DNA of 64,000 nt from positions 2,496,001 to 2,560,000 of the forward strand of contig OZ252244.1 in the NCBI GenBank assembly GCA_965249575.1, given 5' to 3'. The notes under the pieces were generated by a model that was given only the letters and a program-made list of their open reading frames with translations, ran no database searches and was not told the DNA's origin. Below are positions 32,373 through 42,716 of the stretch, piece after piece (positions within the stretch are counted from its first letter, which is position 1; each line of letters begins with the position of its first letter). A program made the translations under genes and the position numbers. Source of the DNA: Gemmatimonadales bacterium. Its GTDB lineage: Bacteria > Gemmatimonadota > Gemmatimonadetes > Gemmatimonadales > GWC2-71-9.

Positions 32373-32413
32373 GTGCAGACGCGCCGCAAACTCAAAGTAA
32401 GGAGAGAACTACA

Positions 32414-32882
32414 GTGGGAATCTTCAAATTCTTGAAAAACGTGGGTCGCAAGGACGATGCCGAGACGGCCAAGCAGGAACGGAACATGGAGCTGATCAAA
32501 GGCAACAAGCTCCTGCGATACGTGATGGGTCTGGGACTGAAAGTCGAGGGGCTGCGTGTCACGTTCGACGACGGCGTCGCCACCGTCACGGGCACAGCGG
32601 CGACCCCAGGCAGTTCGCGAGAAGGTCGTGCTTGCTTTGGGGAACACGGAGGGCGTGTCGCAGGTCGACGACCAGATGGACGTGCAAGCCGAGGCGCCCG
32701 AGGCGACCCTCTATACTGTCGAAAAGGGCGACTCGCTCTCCAAGATCGCAAAGCAGCACTATGGCGATCCGATGAAGTACCCGCTGATCTTCGATGCCAA
32801 CAGGCCGATGCTCGAAGATCCCAACCTCACTTATCCGGGTCAGGTCCTTCGGATCCCGGACCCGGCGACCGCGAATAAATAG
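32414..32882 (+). pseudogene. BON-LysM peptidoglycan/K+-binding protein (Kbp-like), frameshifted
   Basis: MGIFKFLKNVG start; EKVVLALGN and YTVEKGDSLSKIA LysM in +1 frame; extra C in ACCCCA near 32605. Confidence 0.8.
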
Positions 32883-33172
32883 TACGCCTCGAGCGCTGAC
32901 GGTGCGCCCGACCTTTGGGCCAGGCGCGCGGTCGGTTCTCCCGACGCGGAGCTCGGACCCACAGCCGGCGCTTGCCCATTCCACCGGCTGCAAGGTTATT
33001 TCTACCGTTCTGATCACCCCTGCTCATTGAGTCGTTTGCAGGGTCACGCCGCCCCCCCGGCGTGAGGCCGCCGTTGCCGCCGCGCGAGCGACGGAAGAGA
33101 TCTGCCGAGTCGGCCTAGCGTCCGTCGTCAGATGGCCACGGCGGCGTGCGGACCTCTGTAGGAGCTGCAGGC

Positions 33173-35187
33173 ATGAGATCGATCACGTTGTCGCTTGCCC
33201 TTTCGCTCATGGTGCCGGGAAGCTCCGGCGCCCAGAGTGCGTCGTCCGGGGTCGCTCAGTCATCAGACACCGTGAGAGCGTCCCCGGTTGGCTGGCCGGT
33301 GACCGAGGGTGCGGCGGGCGGCGGACGCTACTCGCCACTCAGCGATATCAACCGCACGAACGTCTCCCGTCTCGAGGTCGCTTGGGTCTACCGTCACGGC
33401 GATTTCCGCTCCGGCGGCGTGTTGCCGGACAAGCACTTCAAGGGCAGCGCATTCGAGTCGACGCCGATCGTGGTCGGGGGCCGCCTCTTTCTTACCACCC
33501 CTTTCAACCGCGTCGTCGCGCTCGATCCGGAGACCGGCGCGGAGCTGTGGACATTCGACCCCGAAATCGACCTCGATCGCCGGTTCGCCAACATGATCAT
33601 CAACCGAGGTGTCACTTACTGGCACGATCCGAGCGCGAACGGTCCCTGCTCGAGCCGGGTGTTCCTCGGCACGCTCGACGCCCGCCTCATGGCGATCGAT
33701 GCGTCTACGGGGATGCTCTGTGCCGGTTTTGGCGATGCCGGCGCGGTGAACCTGCTCGAGGGCATCGATCACCTGGTCGATCCCTGGGAATACAACCTGA
33801 CCTCCCCGCCGACGGTCATCGGAGACAACGTCATTGTCGGATCCTCGATCGCCGACCTCACCAGGCGCATCATGCCCTCCGGATCGGTGCGTGCGTACCA
33901 TGCGCGCACCGGCGCCCCGGTATGGCGATTCAACACCATCCCTCAGCGCGGGGAATTCGGCAGTGATACTTGGGAGGACGAGAGCTGGCGTCAGAACGGC
34001 GGCGCGAACGTTTGGTCGACGATGACCGCCGACCTCGAGCGCGGGCTGGTATTTCTCCCGGTCAGCTCCGCGGGGCCGGACCTGTACGGAGGTGACCGGA
34101 AGGGGGCGAATCTGTTCTCGGATGCGCTGGTCGCGTTGCGAGCGGCAACCGGCGAGCGCGTGTGGCATTTCCAGACGGTGCACCACGATCTGTGGGACTA
34201 CGATCTTCCGGCTCCGCCGATTCTCGCGAGCGTCGTACGCGCTGGTCGCGAGGTCGATGCCGTCGTGCAGCTCACCAAGATGGGACTCGTGTTCGTGTTG
34301 GACCGCGAGACCGGAGCGCCGCTATTCCCGGTGGAGGAACGAGCGGTTCCTCCGTCCGACGTGCCGGGCGAGCGGGCGTGGCCCACCCAGCCGTTCCCGG
34401 TGAAGCCCGCTCCGCTCGTCCCCCATCAGCTGTCGGAGGACGACCTTTGGGATGCAGATGCCAGGCGCCTCGCGGCCTGCCGAGAGCGACTCCAGAGCCT
34501 TCGAAACGACGGGATCTTCACGCCGCCTAGCGAGCGGGGTTCCCTCCTGTATCCCGGCGCGGGTGGCGGCTCCACTTGGTCCGGGGGGGCGGTCGACCCC
34601 GCCCGCGGCGTCCTCTACGCCCCGGTGAACAACCTGCCCATGTGGCAGCGGCTGCGAAGGCTTCCCGACGACAACTTCGACAAGATCGACGGGCGGCCGC
34701 TGCAGGGCGGCCTCCGGGGGCTCTGGTGGGCGCTCACCGGCCGAGGAACCGGGCTCCGGTATAGCACATGGTCGAAAGGGAGTTACTCCAGACCGGCGGG
34801 GTGATGTGCAACAAGCCCCCATGGGGCACGCTGGCCGCCGTCGACCTCAACACCGGGGACATCGTTTGGCAGGTGCCCGTCGGCGAGGACGAGAGCGGTG
34901 TGCGAGGCCTGTTCAATCTCGGCCCGCCGCTCGTGACCGCGGGTGGTGTGGTGTTTCACGGCGGAACCGAAGACCGGCGGCTGTGGGCCTACGACGTCGA
35001 GACCGGAAACGTGCTCGCGCGATTCGACCTGCCGGCGGGCCTGCACGCCGGGCCGATAACGTACAAGCTGAGCGCCGAGGGCAAGCAATACCTGGTCGTT
35101 GCTCCTGGAGGGCACTTTCTCCTGGGCTCGAGGCTCGGCGATTACGTCATTGCGTACATGTTGCCGGAGGAAGTGGGCGGCAACTGA
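33173..35187 (+). pseudogene. PQQ-dependent glucose/quinate-type dehydrogenase, frameshifted
   Basis: RYSPL..IN, WHFQTVHHDLWDYD, KPPWGTLAAVDL; frame change near 34768. Confidence 0.85.
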
Positions 35188-35461
35188 CGCAGCCGCTAAC
35201 AGGCTCCCCCCCAAAATGCGAGGCTTGGCCTTTCGGGCGACGATGTCCTGCTCGGTCGCCGGTCGTTCGCCGGCTCAGTCAACATGCGGGTAGCAGGATA
35301 CGACTACACCCACGACCGCATAGGCTACCAAGAGCGACGATACGGAAATGACCAACAGCCGCCGCATCCATCGGCTCGTCAAGCTCGAGCCCCCTGACCT
35401 GAAGTGCCGCTGGTGACGATGAACGTGTAACTCCGGAGGTCTTACACCTCGCCCCCGTATC

Positions 35462-35918
35462 CTACTGGCTTTCGGCCTGGCCCGGTGGTAGGGTATCGAA
35501 GTTCCACACCACCCGGCTGATCATCCAGGAATCGCCCGCTTGCCGTCGTAGAACGGTGAGCCACTTGCCGACTATCTCGGCTGAGTTTCCGTACGAGCCT
35601 CGGGCGTAGGCCAGACTCCCCACGCCATCGACCTCCGAAACCTGCAATTGCAGTCCTGGGTTCGAGTCCCCGATGCCGGCCTGGATTGCGGCCCGGCCCT
35701 CCCGCAAGGGCTGCAGGCTCGGGAGCTCGAGGGCGTCCTCGGTGTGTACGGCACCGAACGCCGTACGGTCGCCGGCACGTTCCGCGTCGGCGTATGCTTG
35801 AAAGAGACCCTTGATTGCGGCGACGTCATTGTCCGATAGCGACGCCGGCGCGGCAGGAGCGCACGCGTGCCCGCTCGTGACGAGCAGAGCCAGCTGCTCC
35901 GAACAGCCGTGTCTTCAT
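35462..35918 (-). pseudogene. SnoaL/DUF4440-family lipoprotein, frameshift in signal peptide
   Basis: AGGAGG-ATG at 35918; EGRAAI, GKWLTVLRRQ..DSWMI motifs in shifted frame. Confidence 0.65.
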
Positions 35919-36247
35919 GGGTGACCTCCTGTCCATCGGCGCGGATGCCCGTCGTCATCCACCCTCGAAGAACTCGGGAACCTCTGGGATGCCGGGGGGC
36001 GGACACAAAGCAGTCAGGGAAACAGCGCTGTGGCAGGTCCCGTGGCAATCGGGGAAACCCCCAGGTGTGCCTCGGGGTCTCCCCACGCATCTCAACACCA
36101 CGTCACGAGCCGCGAGCCGTTGATGGGGATCGCAAGGTATTGGGTCGCACCTCTTGCGGTATGCTGAACGGCAGCTCTTCGTAGACCACGACTCGATTCG
36201 TCTGAATACGTTCGAAGGAAACAGCCCACTGATCGAAAGGAGACGTT

Positions 36248-36679
36248 GTGGCCGCCAGCAAGAAAGACCCGACCGAACCGATCCGCCTTAAAGCGAGTCG
36301 CTATCCCGCCGTAGATGAGGGAACCGCCTGCACGCAGAGTTCCTTCAAAACAGGCAACAGGGCTTTCCTGTACGTCGGGATGCAGGGCGGCCGCTACAAG
36401 ACCATGTTCAAACTGCAGGAGTCCATGCCCGAAGCCACCAAGCTGGCAAAGAACGATCCGGACCGACATGAGGTTGGCTCAAACGGATGGGTCACGGCCA
36501 GGTTTACCGCCGACAAACCCATGCCGAAGAAACTCTGGGAAAAGTGGCTTGATGAAAGTTACGAACTGAGTCTTGCAGCTGTAGCTGGAAGGAGATCCGC
36601 CGAGAAGAAGACTCCAGAGAAGAAGATCGCTAGGAAAAGGGCCGCCAAGGAGGCCACACCCCAGACGAGACGCAAATAG
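36248..36679 (+). CDS. MmcQ/YjbR-like protein
   Basis: SFKTGNRAFLY, GWVT, WLDESYEL; Lys-rich tail. Confidence 0.7.
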   Translation: MAASKKDPTEPIRLKASRYPAVDEGTACTQSSFKTGNRAFLYVGMQGGRYKTMFKLQESMPEATKLAKNDPDRHEVGSNGWVTARFTADKPMPKKLWEKWLDESYELSLAAVAGRRSAEKKTPEKKIARKRAAKEATPQTRRK

Positions 36680-36771
36680 GTTCCAGCGAACCGACGGTCG
36701 CTGCCTTCCCTTGACACCTTCTTGACGATGACCGCGCACCTTCCAGCTGAATCCACTCACGGGAGGATTGC

Positions 36772-37317
36772 ATGGTTACCGCGCACGAGGCTTCCCCGCT
36801 GGCACGTCCCCGACCTGGGCGCGCGATTGGGTTCCTTACGTTGGCGATCGCCTTAGTCGCCTCAGGATGTATCGAAGCCATCGTCGGCCCCGGCGGTCCC
36901 ATGGATCTGGCCGGGACGTGGCGAGGCCGCTGGGGGAAGGACCCCTCCGGGAACGACTGCAAATTGGCGTTCACGTTCGGGGAGGGGCAATCCGCGCCTC
37001 AAACCAACACGAGCCCCGGAAGTTGGAAACTATATGAGGGGACGTGGACCTGGCTCCAGTGTGTTGGTGCTTTTGTTGATGAAACGGGACGGTCCGGGGA
37101 GGTGTCTGGAGGCCTGTGCGAGAGCACGGAGTTTGAGACTTGCAAACAACCCGGCACGTTGGCGTTTCGGGACCTGACGACCAACAGTCTCGGGCAGGCG
37201 AATACCGCCTGCATTTTATACTTCGACACGGCCAACCCCCATCGGATCAGAGGCGAGAAAGGAATCGATTCAATCGGATGGTGCAAGGCGCCGTCATGGG
37301 ATTTCAAGAAACAATGA
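36772..37317 (+). CDS. Cys-rich lipoprotein
   Basis: VASGC lipobox, six further Cys, GGAGG RBS. Confidence 0.65.
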   Translation: MVTAHEASPLARPRPGRAIGFLTLAIALVASGCIEAIVGPGGPMDLAGTWRGRWGKDPSGNDCKLAFTFGEGQSAPQTNTSPGSWKLYEGTWTWLQCVGAFVDETGRSGEVSGGLCESTEFETCKQPGTLAFRDLTTNSLGQANTACILYFDTANPHRIRGEKGIDSIGWCKAPSWDFKKQ

Positions 37318-37523
37318 CTCTTGCCCACCGCGATCGGCCCGACATTTTGCCGCCCCGAATGCCGGACCTTGCCGGGCGATTCGGAGTTGGGATCTTGGAC
37401 CTACGACCTGCGGAAAAGAGGGAAGAGATGCCGACAAGAGTGCCAGGAGGTCAAAACCGCTGAAACTCGGGTCGCCCCTCGCGGTTGCATAACTCCGTAG
37501 CCCTAGCGATGTTTTCTCCCCAC

Positions 37524-37596
<73 letters not shown>

Positions 37597-37636
37597 TACA
37601 CTTACAGCCCGCCCCCTCTCCATGTCACGGGATCTA

Positions 37637-37900
37637 TCACGGAACCTCCTTCGCCAACTCGGATCGGAAGTCAGCAAGGAACGCATCGATCTCGATTTTC
37701 GTCACTCGGGTCCCCAGTTCCTGGCTCTTACTGAAGGCTCGACGTGCCGCTCGCTCCACCTTCGGCCAATCGTGAGCGTAGACGGCATCCAAGGCTACGT
37801 ATACCGCGGCGTGAGGCACATCCGCGCCATATTCGCGAAGAGCGTCAACGGCAACCTTCCGAGCCGCCCTACTCGCTGTCCACTCAAAGTCGTCAGCCAT
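37637..37900 (-). CDS. Phage hypothetical protein
   Basis: 87 aa ORF with GAGGAG RBS directly downstream of integrase. Confidence 0.55.
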   Translation of the reverse strand: MADDFEWTASRAARKVAVDALREYGADVPHAAVYVALDAVYAHDWPKVERAARRAFSKSQELGTRVTKIEIDAFLADFRSELAKEVP

Positions 37901-37909
37901 GCAGTCTCC

Positions 37910-38926
37910 TCATCGGGCCATCCGGAGGGCCGACGGCTCCCGGCCGACGAACCGCTTGAGCGCCGCAGCATCTTCTATAAGGAAAGCACTGGGGTCGTGG
38001 TCGGTGTAGAGCTCGTCGACCCGCGTCAGCGCGTGCCCCATGTACCGGAGGCAGCGACTCTTCGGGATGTTCGCGAGCTCGAGCCAGTGGGCGAAGGTCC
38101 GGCGCGCATCGTACACCGTGAGGATGGGGTCAAAGGCTTTCAAGCTCCGCCGGAAGGCTGGGTAGAGCACGGTCGGATGCACCGGGGTGAACACCTGCGG
38201 CACCACCCGGTCCCGCGCCTCGCGTTTGGTGCCGTGAATCCGAATCCCGCCGTCTTCGACTTCCCACGCCCCCCAGTACTCGCCAGGCCCCATGCCGGTC
38301 GAGCACATGGCCCACCACATCATCCCGCGGTCCTTCAGCGCCCGCACGACCACCCGCGCGGCGGCCGGCGACAGCGGGTGGCCGGGCTTTCGATGCACGG
38401 TCTTCGGCCGCAGCGCGGCGACTTGCTGCCAGAGTTCCGAGTCCCGACCCAGCGTATCGCGGGCGAACGCCTGCGCGGCCGCACGCGCCAGGTTGAACAT
38501 CCGGCCCTTCGCGCCATCGCGATACCGGGCGAGGAGCCGCGGGAGGTCGCTGATCATACTCTCGGGCGTCACGAACTTCTCGAACGCATACCGATAGTCG
38601 CGCGCCGTCTTCTCCTTCACGTCCACACCGGCAAGCCAGGCACGGACAGCTGTTGCGAGGGATTGAGCAAGCTCGACGGAGGGGAGCCGCTTCACACCGT
38701 ACGTCCGATAGCTCGCCCACACCTCGAGCAGCTTGAGCTTCCCATCACGGATGGCCCGGAGCGTCTCGAGTTGGTGGTGCGCCGAGAGCTCCTCGAGCAT
38801 GAGACAGAGTTTGTCGAAGAGCTTGCCGTCCGTGGTGCCAGATGCGCGACAGATCCGCCCGACCGCCGGGAATCGCTTGTCGATCACGAACGTGCCGCGA
38901 CCGCCCGATTTGAAGGCCGCACTCAT
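37910..38926 (-). CDS. int: Tyrosine recombinase/integrase (atypical motifs)
   Basis: TGMGPGE (box I), GTK, YDARRTFA, MGH, LY pattern; next to tRNA and xis. Confidence 0.8.
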   Translation of the reverse strand: MSAAFKSGGRGTFVIDKRFPAVGRICRASGTTDGKLFDKLCLMLEELSAHHQLETLRAIRDGKLKLLEVWASYRTYGVKRLPSVELAQSLATAVRAWLAGVDVKEKTARDYRYAFEKFVTPESMISDLPRLLARYRDGAKGRMFNLARAAAQAFARDTLGRDSELWQQVAALRPKTVHRKPGHPLSPAAARVVVRALKDRGMMWWAMCSTGMGPGEYWGAWEVEDGGIRIHGTKREARDRVVPQVFTPVHPTVLYPAFRRSLKAFDPILTVYDARRTFAHWLELANIPKSRCLRYMGHALTRVDELYTDHDPSAFLIEDAAALKRFVGREPSALRMAR

Positions 38927-39132
38927 ATGGCGCTCCGCTCCAAGAACTCGAGGACCTGTCGGACAATGTAACGCGGACGTTTCTTGCTGAGGTAGTACGT
39001 GACCGGCAGATCCTTTCGCGCGAGCTGCGTGAGGCTGATCCGTAACCACGCCGCACACTCCTCCGGCGTCAAGACCGCCTCCAAGGGTGGCGTCGTCGCC
39101 CGCACATCCTCGAGGCGCACCGACGTCGTCAC
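38923..39132 (-). CDS. Excisionase-like winged-HTH protein
   Basis: VLTPEECAAWLRIS...PRYIVRQVLEFL; ATGA-coupled to integrase. Confidence 0.75.
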   Translation of the reverse strand: MTTSVRLEDVRATTPPLEAVLTPEECAAWLRISLTQLARKDLPVTYYLSKKRPRYIVRQVLEFLERSAI

Positions 39133-39296
39133 AGCGCGCCCACCTGGACCAGCGCCTGCCCCACGTCGGCCGCTTCCGCAAACGCGCGCTCCGCCACCGT
39201 CGCCTTCCACACCGTCAACCCCAACCAGCGGAGCACACACGCAAAAGCCAACCCTTTGATACGCTCATCCTGCCTCCGAGTCGCGGGTGGGGGCGG

Positions 39297-39581
39297 TCAC
39301 GTGTTATCCGGCGTGCGTTGTTCAATCGCGTCGGTGGCCTTCGCAATGCGCCGGAGGAGTCTGATCGTTTCCGTACCAGAAGGCTCGACATCTGCTAGGA
39401 CCGACCGTAGTAGCGGCACCCAACACGGCACCGAATGGCGCTCGGGTTCCTCATCCCCACCTTCGGGCGAATGCCCAAGCCACCGACTGGCGCAGACCTT
39501 GCCATGGTGATACCGGCGCCGTCCCGTTGGCGCGTTCTGCTCATCAATCCATTGCAAGGCCTGTCGTGCCGCTTCGCTCAT
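39297..39581 (-). CDS. Phage hypothetical protein
   Basis: Coupled ORF in early leftward operon. Confidence 0.5.
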   Translation of the reverse strand: MSEAARQALQWIDEQNAPTGRRRYHHGKVCASRWLGHSPEGGDEEPERHSVPCWVPLLRSVLADVEPSGTETIRLLRRIAKATDAIEQRTPDNT

Positions 39582-39958
39582 TCGCTCACCCCCGGTTGGG
39601 CCAAGAGGGCGCGGGCGTGTGCCCATACCAATGGGACACCTCCGGTTCCCGTAGGCATGTATTCGTCAATGACTGCTCGCAGCGCCCCCGTCAGCGCGTC
39701 GATGCGCTCGTGGGCGGCGTCAATGTCTTGGTTGGCCTCCTGCATAGCGTCAAGGTGGCTGGCGCGTATTTCCTCCACCCCTGTGCCGTCTGCGATGTCC
39801 TCCCGCACCTGCTCCACCAGCCAGGGGAGGTGCTCACTGAGCAGCCGGTTCCGTGCCTCGTCCCACTGTGGATGTACCGGCAGGTGGCCAGGGTGCATGA
39901 CGCCGCCCGTTTCCATGTCTCGCGCAATCGCCGCCAGCCGCTCGGTGGGGTCGGTCAT
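39578..39958 (-). CDS. Phage hypothetical protein
   Basis: Coupled ORF, coiled-coil-like segment. Confidence 0.55.
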   Translation of the reverse strand: MTDPTERLAAIARDMETGGVMHPGHLPVHPQWDEARNRLLSEHLPWLVEQVREDIADGTGVEEIRASHLDAMQEANQDIDAAHERIDALTGALRAVIDEYMPTGTGGVPLVWAHARALLAQPGVSE

Positions 39959-40007
39959 CGGGGGTGGCTCCTGCATGCCACCGCAACCGCTTTCCACGAC
40001 GTGTCGG

Positions 40008-41777
40008 TCATGGACCCGACCTCGTCGTTCGACCGCGGATGAGTCCGTGGTCTACCGACAGCAGGACGTCACCCTCGTGCGCCGAGCCCCTCCACCGATG
40101 CTTCTTGCAGGTCACGCGCATCGTGTTCGGCTCGACGAGATCGGTAATCGAGTTCACCCCCTGCTCCACAAGCGCACGGTCCCCCGCCTTGTGCGTTTTC
40201 AGCACCCGCGAGAGCAGCAAGACGACGTCGGACTCCTGCTCGATCTTCCCGCAGTAGGCCAGCGACGAGAGTGGCGGTGTCCGGTAGGGACCAAAGACAT
40301 CGCGCGGCGGACGGTTGAGCTGCGCGGCCATGACCACGACGAGCTCGAGGGTGATGGCGAGTTCCTTGATCTCCTGGACCGCGCGCGCCATCACCGCCAG
40401 GTGATCCGCCCCCGGCGAGCCGAAGTCCAGGCGGTGGAAGTGGTCAATCACCACCACGCGGCATGCTCGGTCCTGGGCGATCTGCGCGAGCTGGCGGAGG
40501 GAGTCGAGGTCGACGCTCCGTGCGGGCGCGAAGTGGGCGATGTCGCGCAGCGGGTGAGCCGCTTGCTCATCAAGGTCCCGCTCGAGCTTCGCGCGGGCCC
40601 CGATCGGCAGCTTGTCCCAGTCCCCCGCCAGCACGTCCTCCTCGTCGAGGCTACAGCGCCACGCCGCCCACTTCCGCCGCAGTTGTGCCGCGTCCATCTC
40701 CATCCCGACGAAGAGCCACGGCATCTCCCGCATCGTCGTCAGATACTCCACCCAGTTGAGCAGCAGGGTGGTCTTGCCCTGCCCAGGCCGCGCGCCGATC
40801 GTCCACAGCTGACCGGGCACCAATGGCCCCGTGAGGTTGTGCAGATCCGTCCATCCCCACGTCGGGGCCGTCCGGTAATCCTGGTCGTTCAGTTCGCGCG
40901 CCTTCGTGACCTGCTCGTCGACCCAGACCGTGGCGTCAATCCCCTCGTGTTCATGTTCCACGAGTTCGAGGTGTCCCCGCTTGCGCGCTTCCCGTCCGGC
41001 GACACTGGAGACGATCTGGTGCACCTCGGCGTGCGCGAGCGGCGGGCGGCACTTCGCGGTGTTCAGCGCCGAGACGAGCTCGAGGACTTCGCGGGGTGGA
41101 TGGCCCTTTGCCAGTAACCGGCCGGCGTACGAGGTCAGGGTGTGGTTCCGTTCGCCTTCGCCAATCACCGGCCGGCTCGGAATCGTGACGGCGTCCGTGG
41201 GAACGGTCCCCTGACGTAATCGCTCGAGGAGAGCATGGGGCAGCGGGGCAGGCGGACACTCGCGAGGGCCCAGTCCACGCTCTCGGTCCCAGCGATACTG
41301 CCGGCCGCTCTGATGCCGACTCGGCGGCACGACGATGTACCCCCCATCCGCGCGGACGTCCACGTGCGGAGCCAACGCCACGCGATTCTGGATAGGCGTC
41401 TCCGGTGCCCGAAAAATCGCGTGGCGCCCTTTGCCCGTCAGGCTGGTGGCCGTCGGCGGGTTGCCGCAGATGGCTTGGAGTGCCGCCTCACCGTCCGGTC
41501 CGTCGACGTCGATCGCGACGATTCCACTGACCTGGCCCGTCGCGACGCCGATGTTCGCGGTCGGCCATTTGGTCCACCACGCCGTGACGACATCTGCGGC
41601 CATCGTCGCGTCCTTCACGCCGTGCAGCGTGCGCGGGTGTTTCCCGGCGCTCGCACACGCCCGGCCACACGAGCACCGGCCGTGATGAATCGAGTGCAAC
41701 GGGAAGACCGCCCACCCGAGCTCGAGGGCGTACGCGAGCGCCGCCTTGGCCAGGCCGGTCAGCGGCAGGGCGCTCAC
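40008..41777 (-). CDS. Bifunctional primase-polymerase (PrimPol + PriCT) fused to DnaB-like helicase
   Basis: WAVFPL, GKHP, ANIGVATG, IDVD, GRHAIF, YIVVPPSRH; EGERNHTL; GARPGQGKTT, VIDH, AQLNR, IEQESD. Confidence 0.88.
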   Translation of the reverse strand: MSALPLTGLAKAALAYALELGWAVFPLHSIHHGRCSCGRACASAGKHPRTLHGVKDATMAADVVTAWWTKWPTANIGVATGQVSGIVAIDVDGPDGEAALQAICGNPPTATSLTGKGRHAIFRAPETPIQNRVALAPHVDVRADGGYIVVPPSRHQSGRQYRWDRERGLGPRECPPAPLPHALLERLRQGTVPTDAVTIPSRPVIGEGERNHTLTSYAGRLLAKGHPPREVLELVSALNTAKCRPPLAHAEVHQIVSSVAGREARKRGHLELVEHEHEGIDATVWVDEQVTKARELNDQDYRTAPTWGWTDLHNLTGPLVPGQLWTIGARPGQGKTTLLLNWVEYLTTMREMPWLFVGMEMDAAQLRRKWAAWRCSLDEEDVLAGDWDKLPIGARAKLERDLDEQAAHPLRDIAHFAPARSVDLDSLRQLAQIAQDRACRVVVIDHFHRLDFGSPGADHLAVMARAVQEIKELAITLELVVVMAAQLNRPPRDVFGPYRTPPLSSLAYCGKIEQESDVVLLLSRVLKTHKAGDRALVEQGVNSITDLVEPNTMRVTCKKHRWRGSAHEGDVLLSVDHGLIRGRTTRSGP

Positions 41778-42478
41778 CGGATCTCCTCCGCCGGCCGCTC
41801 TTGGTCGTGGTACTTGTCGAGGAAATCGTTGATGTGGTCGGCGTCCCGCAGGACGTAGTCGAGCCCGTGCTTCCGGATCTTGGCGTGCCAGGGATCGCGG
41901 GCGTTGCCCGTGATCGCCTGAGAGAGCTGCTCGAGCGTGAAGCCGTGGGCCAGCCACTTCCCGACCAGCTTGACTTGTTTCTCGTCCCCAACCTTCCGCC
42001 GACGATGGGTCTGGCCGTAGTGCTGCAGCACGTAATTAATGCCTTCATTGTCTTTACTGCCTTTTCCTATATAATTGTCCGGCCGGTGTCCGGCCTCTGT
42101 CCGGCTAGGTGTCCGGCTAGGTGTCCGGCTCCGCGTACTCAATCGCTGGTAATACTCATAATTGGCAATGAGATAGACTGTTCCCCGCTGTCCGGATCGC
42201 TGTCGCACCAGGTGTCCGGCCTTTTGGGCATTTTCCAGAAAAAGGTGTCCAACGCCCCGCGGCCACTTCCACCGGTCCGCGAACCACCGGACGGAGCCGC
42301 AGATCTCGCCACGGTGCAGCCGCTCGCCGTTCATAGTCTTCCCGTCCTCCCAGGCCGCCAGCTGGAGGAGATCCACCCACGCTTCAAAGGGTGAAAACCG
42401 GCGCCCCCGAGGCCAATAACGGTCTCCGCCGTCGAAGCACTTGCGGCTGATGACGATATAGCCTGGATCATGCCCCAT
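41774..42478 (-). CDS. Phage replication initiator/replisome organizer
   Basis: GYIVISRK..EAWVDLL..RGE..S.R.FADRW..I.NYEYYQ N-terminal domain; internal iterons. Confidence 0.75.
   Translation of the reverse strand: MGHDPGYIVISRKCFDGGDRYWPRGRRFSPFEAWVDLLQLAAWEDGKTMNGERLHRGEICGSVRWFADRWKWPRGVGHLFLENAQKAGHLVRQRSGQRGTVYLIANYEYYQRLSTRSRTPSRTPSRTEAGHRPDNYIGKGSKDNEGINYVLQHYGQTHRRRKVGDEKQVKLVGKWLAHGFTLEQLSQAITGNARDPWHAKIRKHGLDYVLRDADHINDFLDKYHDQERPAEEIR
42033..42250. repeat. Iteron cluster and AT-rich tract (probable phage ori)
   Basis: TGTCCGGC at 42076, 42087, 42098, 42110, 42122 and 42213, variants at 42189 and 42246; AT-rich 42033-42075. Confidence 0.75.
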
Positions 42479-42716
42479 CCCTCACACTAAACGCGGCCGG
42501 CGAATGGGCGGCCCCATCCGCGCGTGCCAGAGCGCATGACCGTCCCCGCAGAGCCGTCCCGTCGGCCAGTGCTCACAGTCGGAACCAAACTGCGCGCGAG
42601 GGGCATCATGGTGTTCTTCGGTGCGATCGCCAGGTCATTGCTGAATGTGCTGCACCCGCCTGCCATCGAGCGGAAACGCGTTCCCGCGCATCCACGTTCC
42701 GCGGGATGGCATCCAT

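Noticed and set aside
35655..35672. GGGTTCGAGTCCC resembling a tRNA T arm
   Set aside because: No acceptor stem, D arm or anticodon arm; lies antisense within the DUF4440 gene.
37622..41117. Long plus-strand ORFs (449 aa and 560 aa)
   Set aside because: Antisense shadows of integrase and PrimPol-helicase in high-GC DNA, with no motifs.
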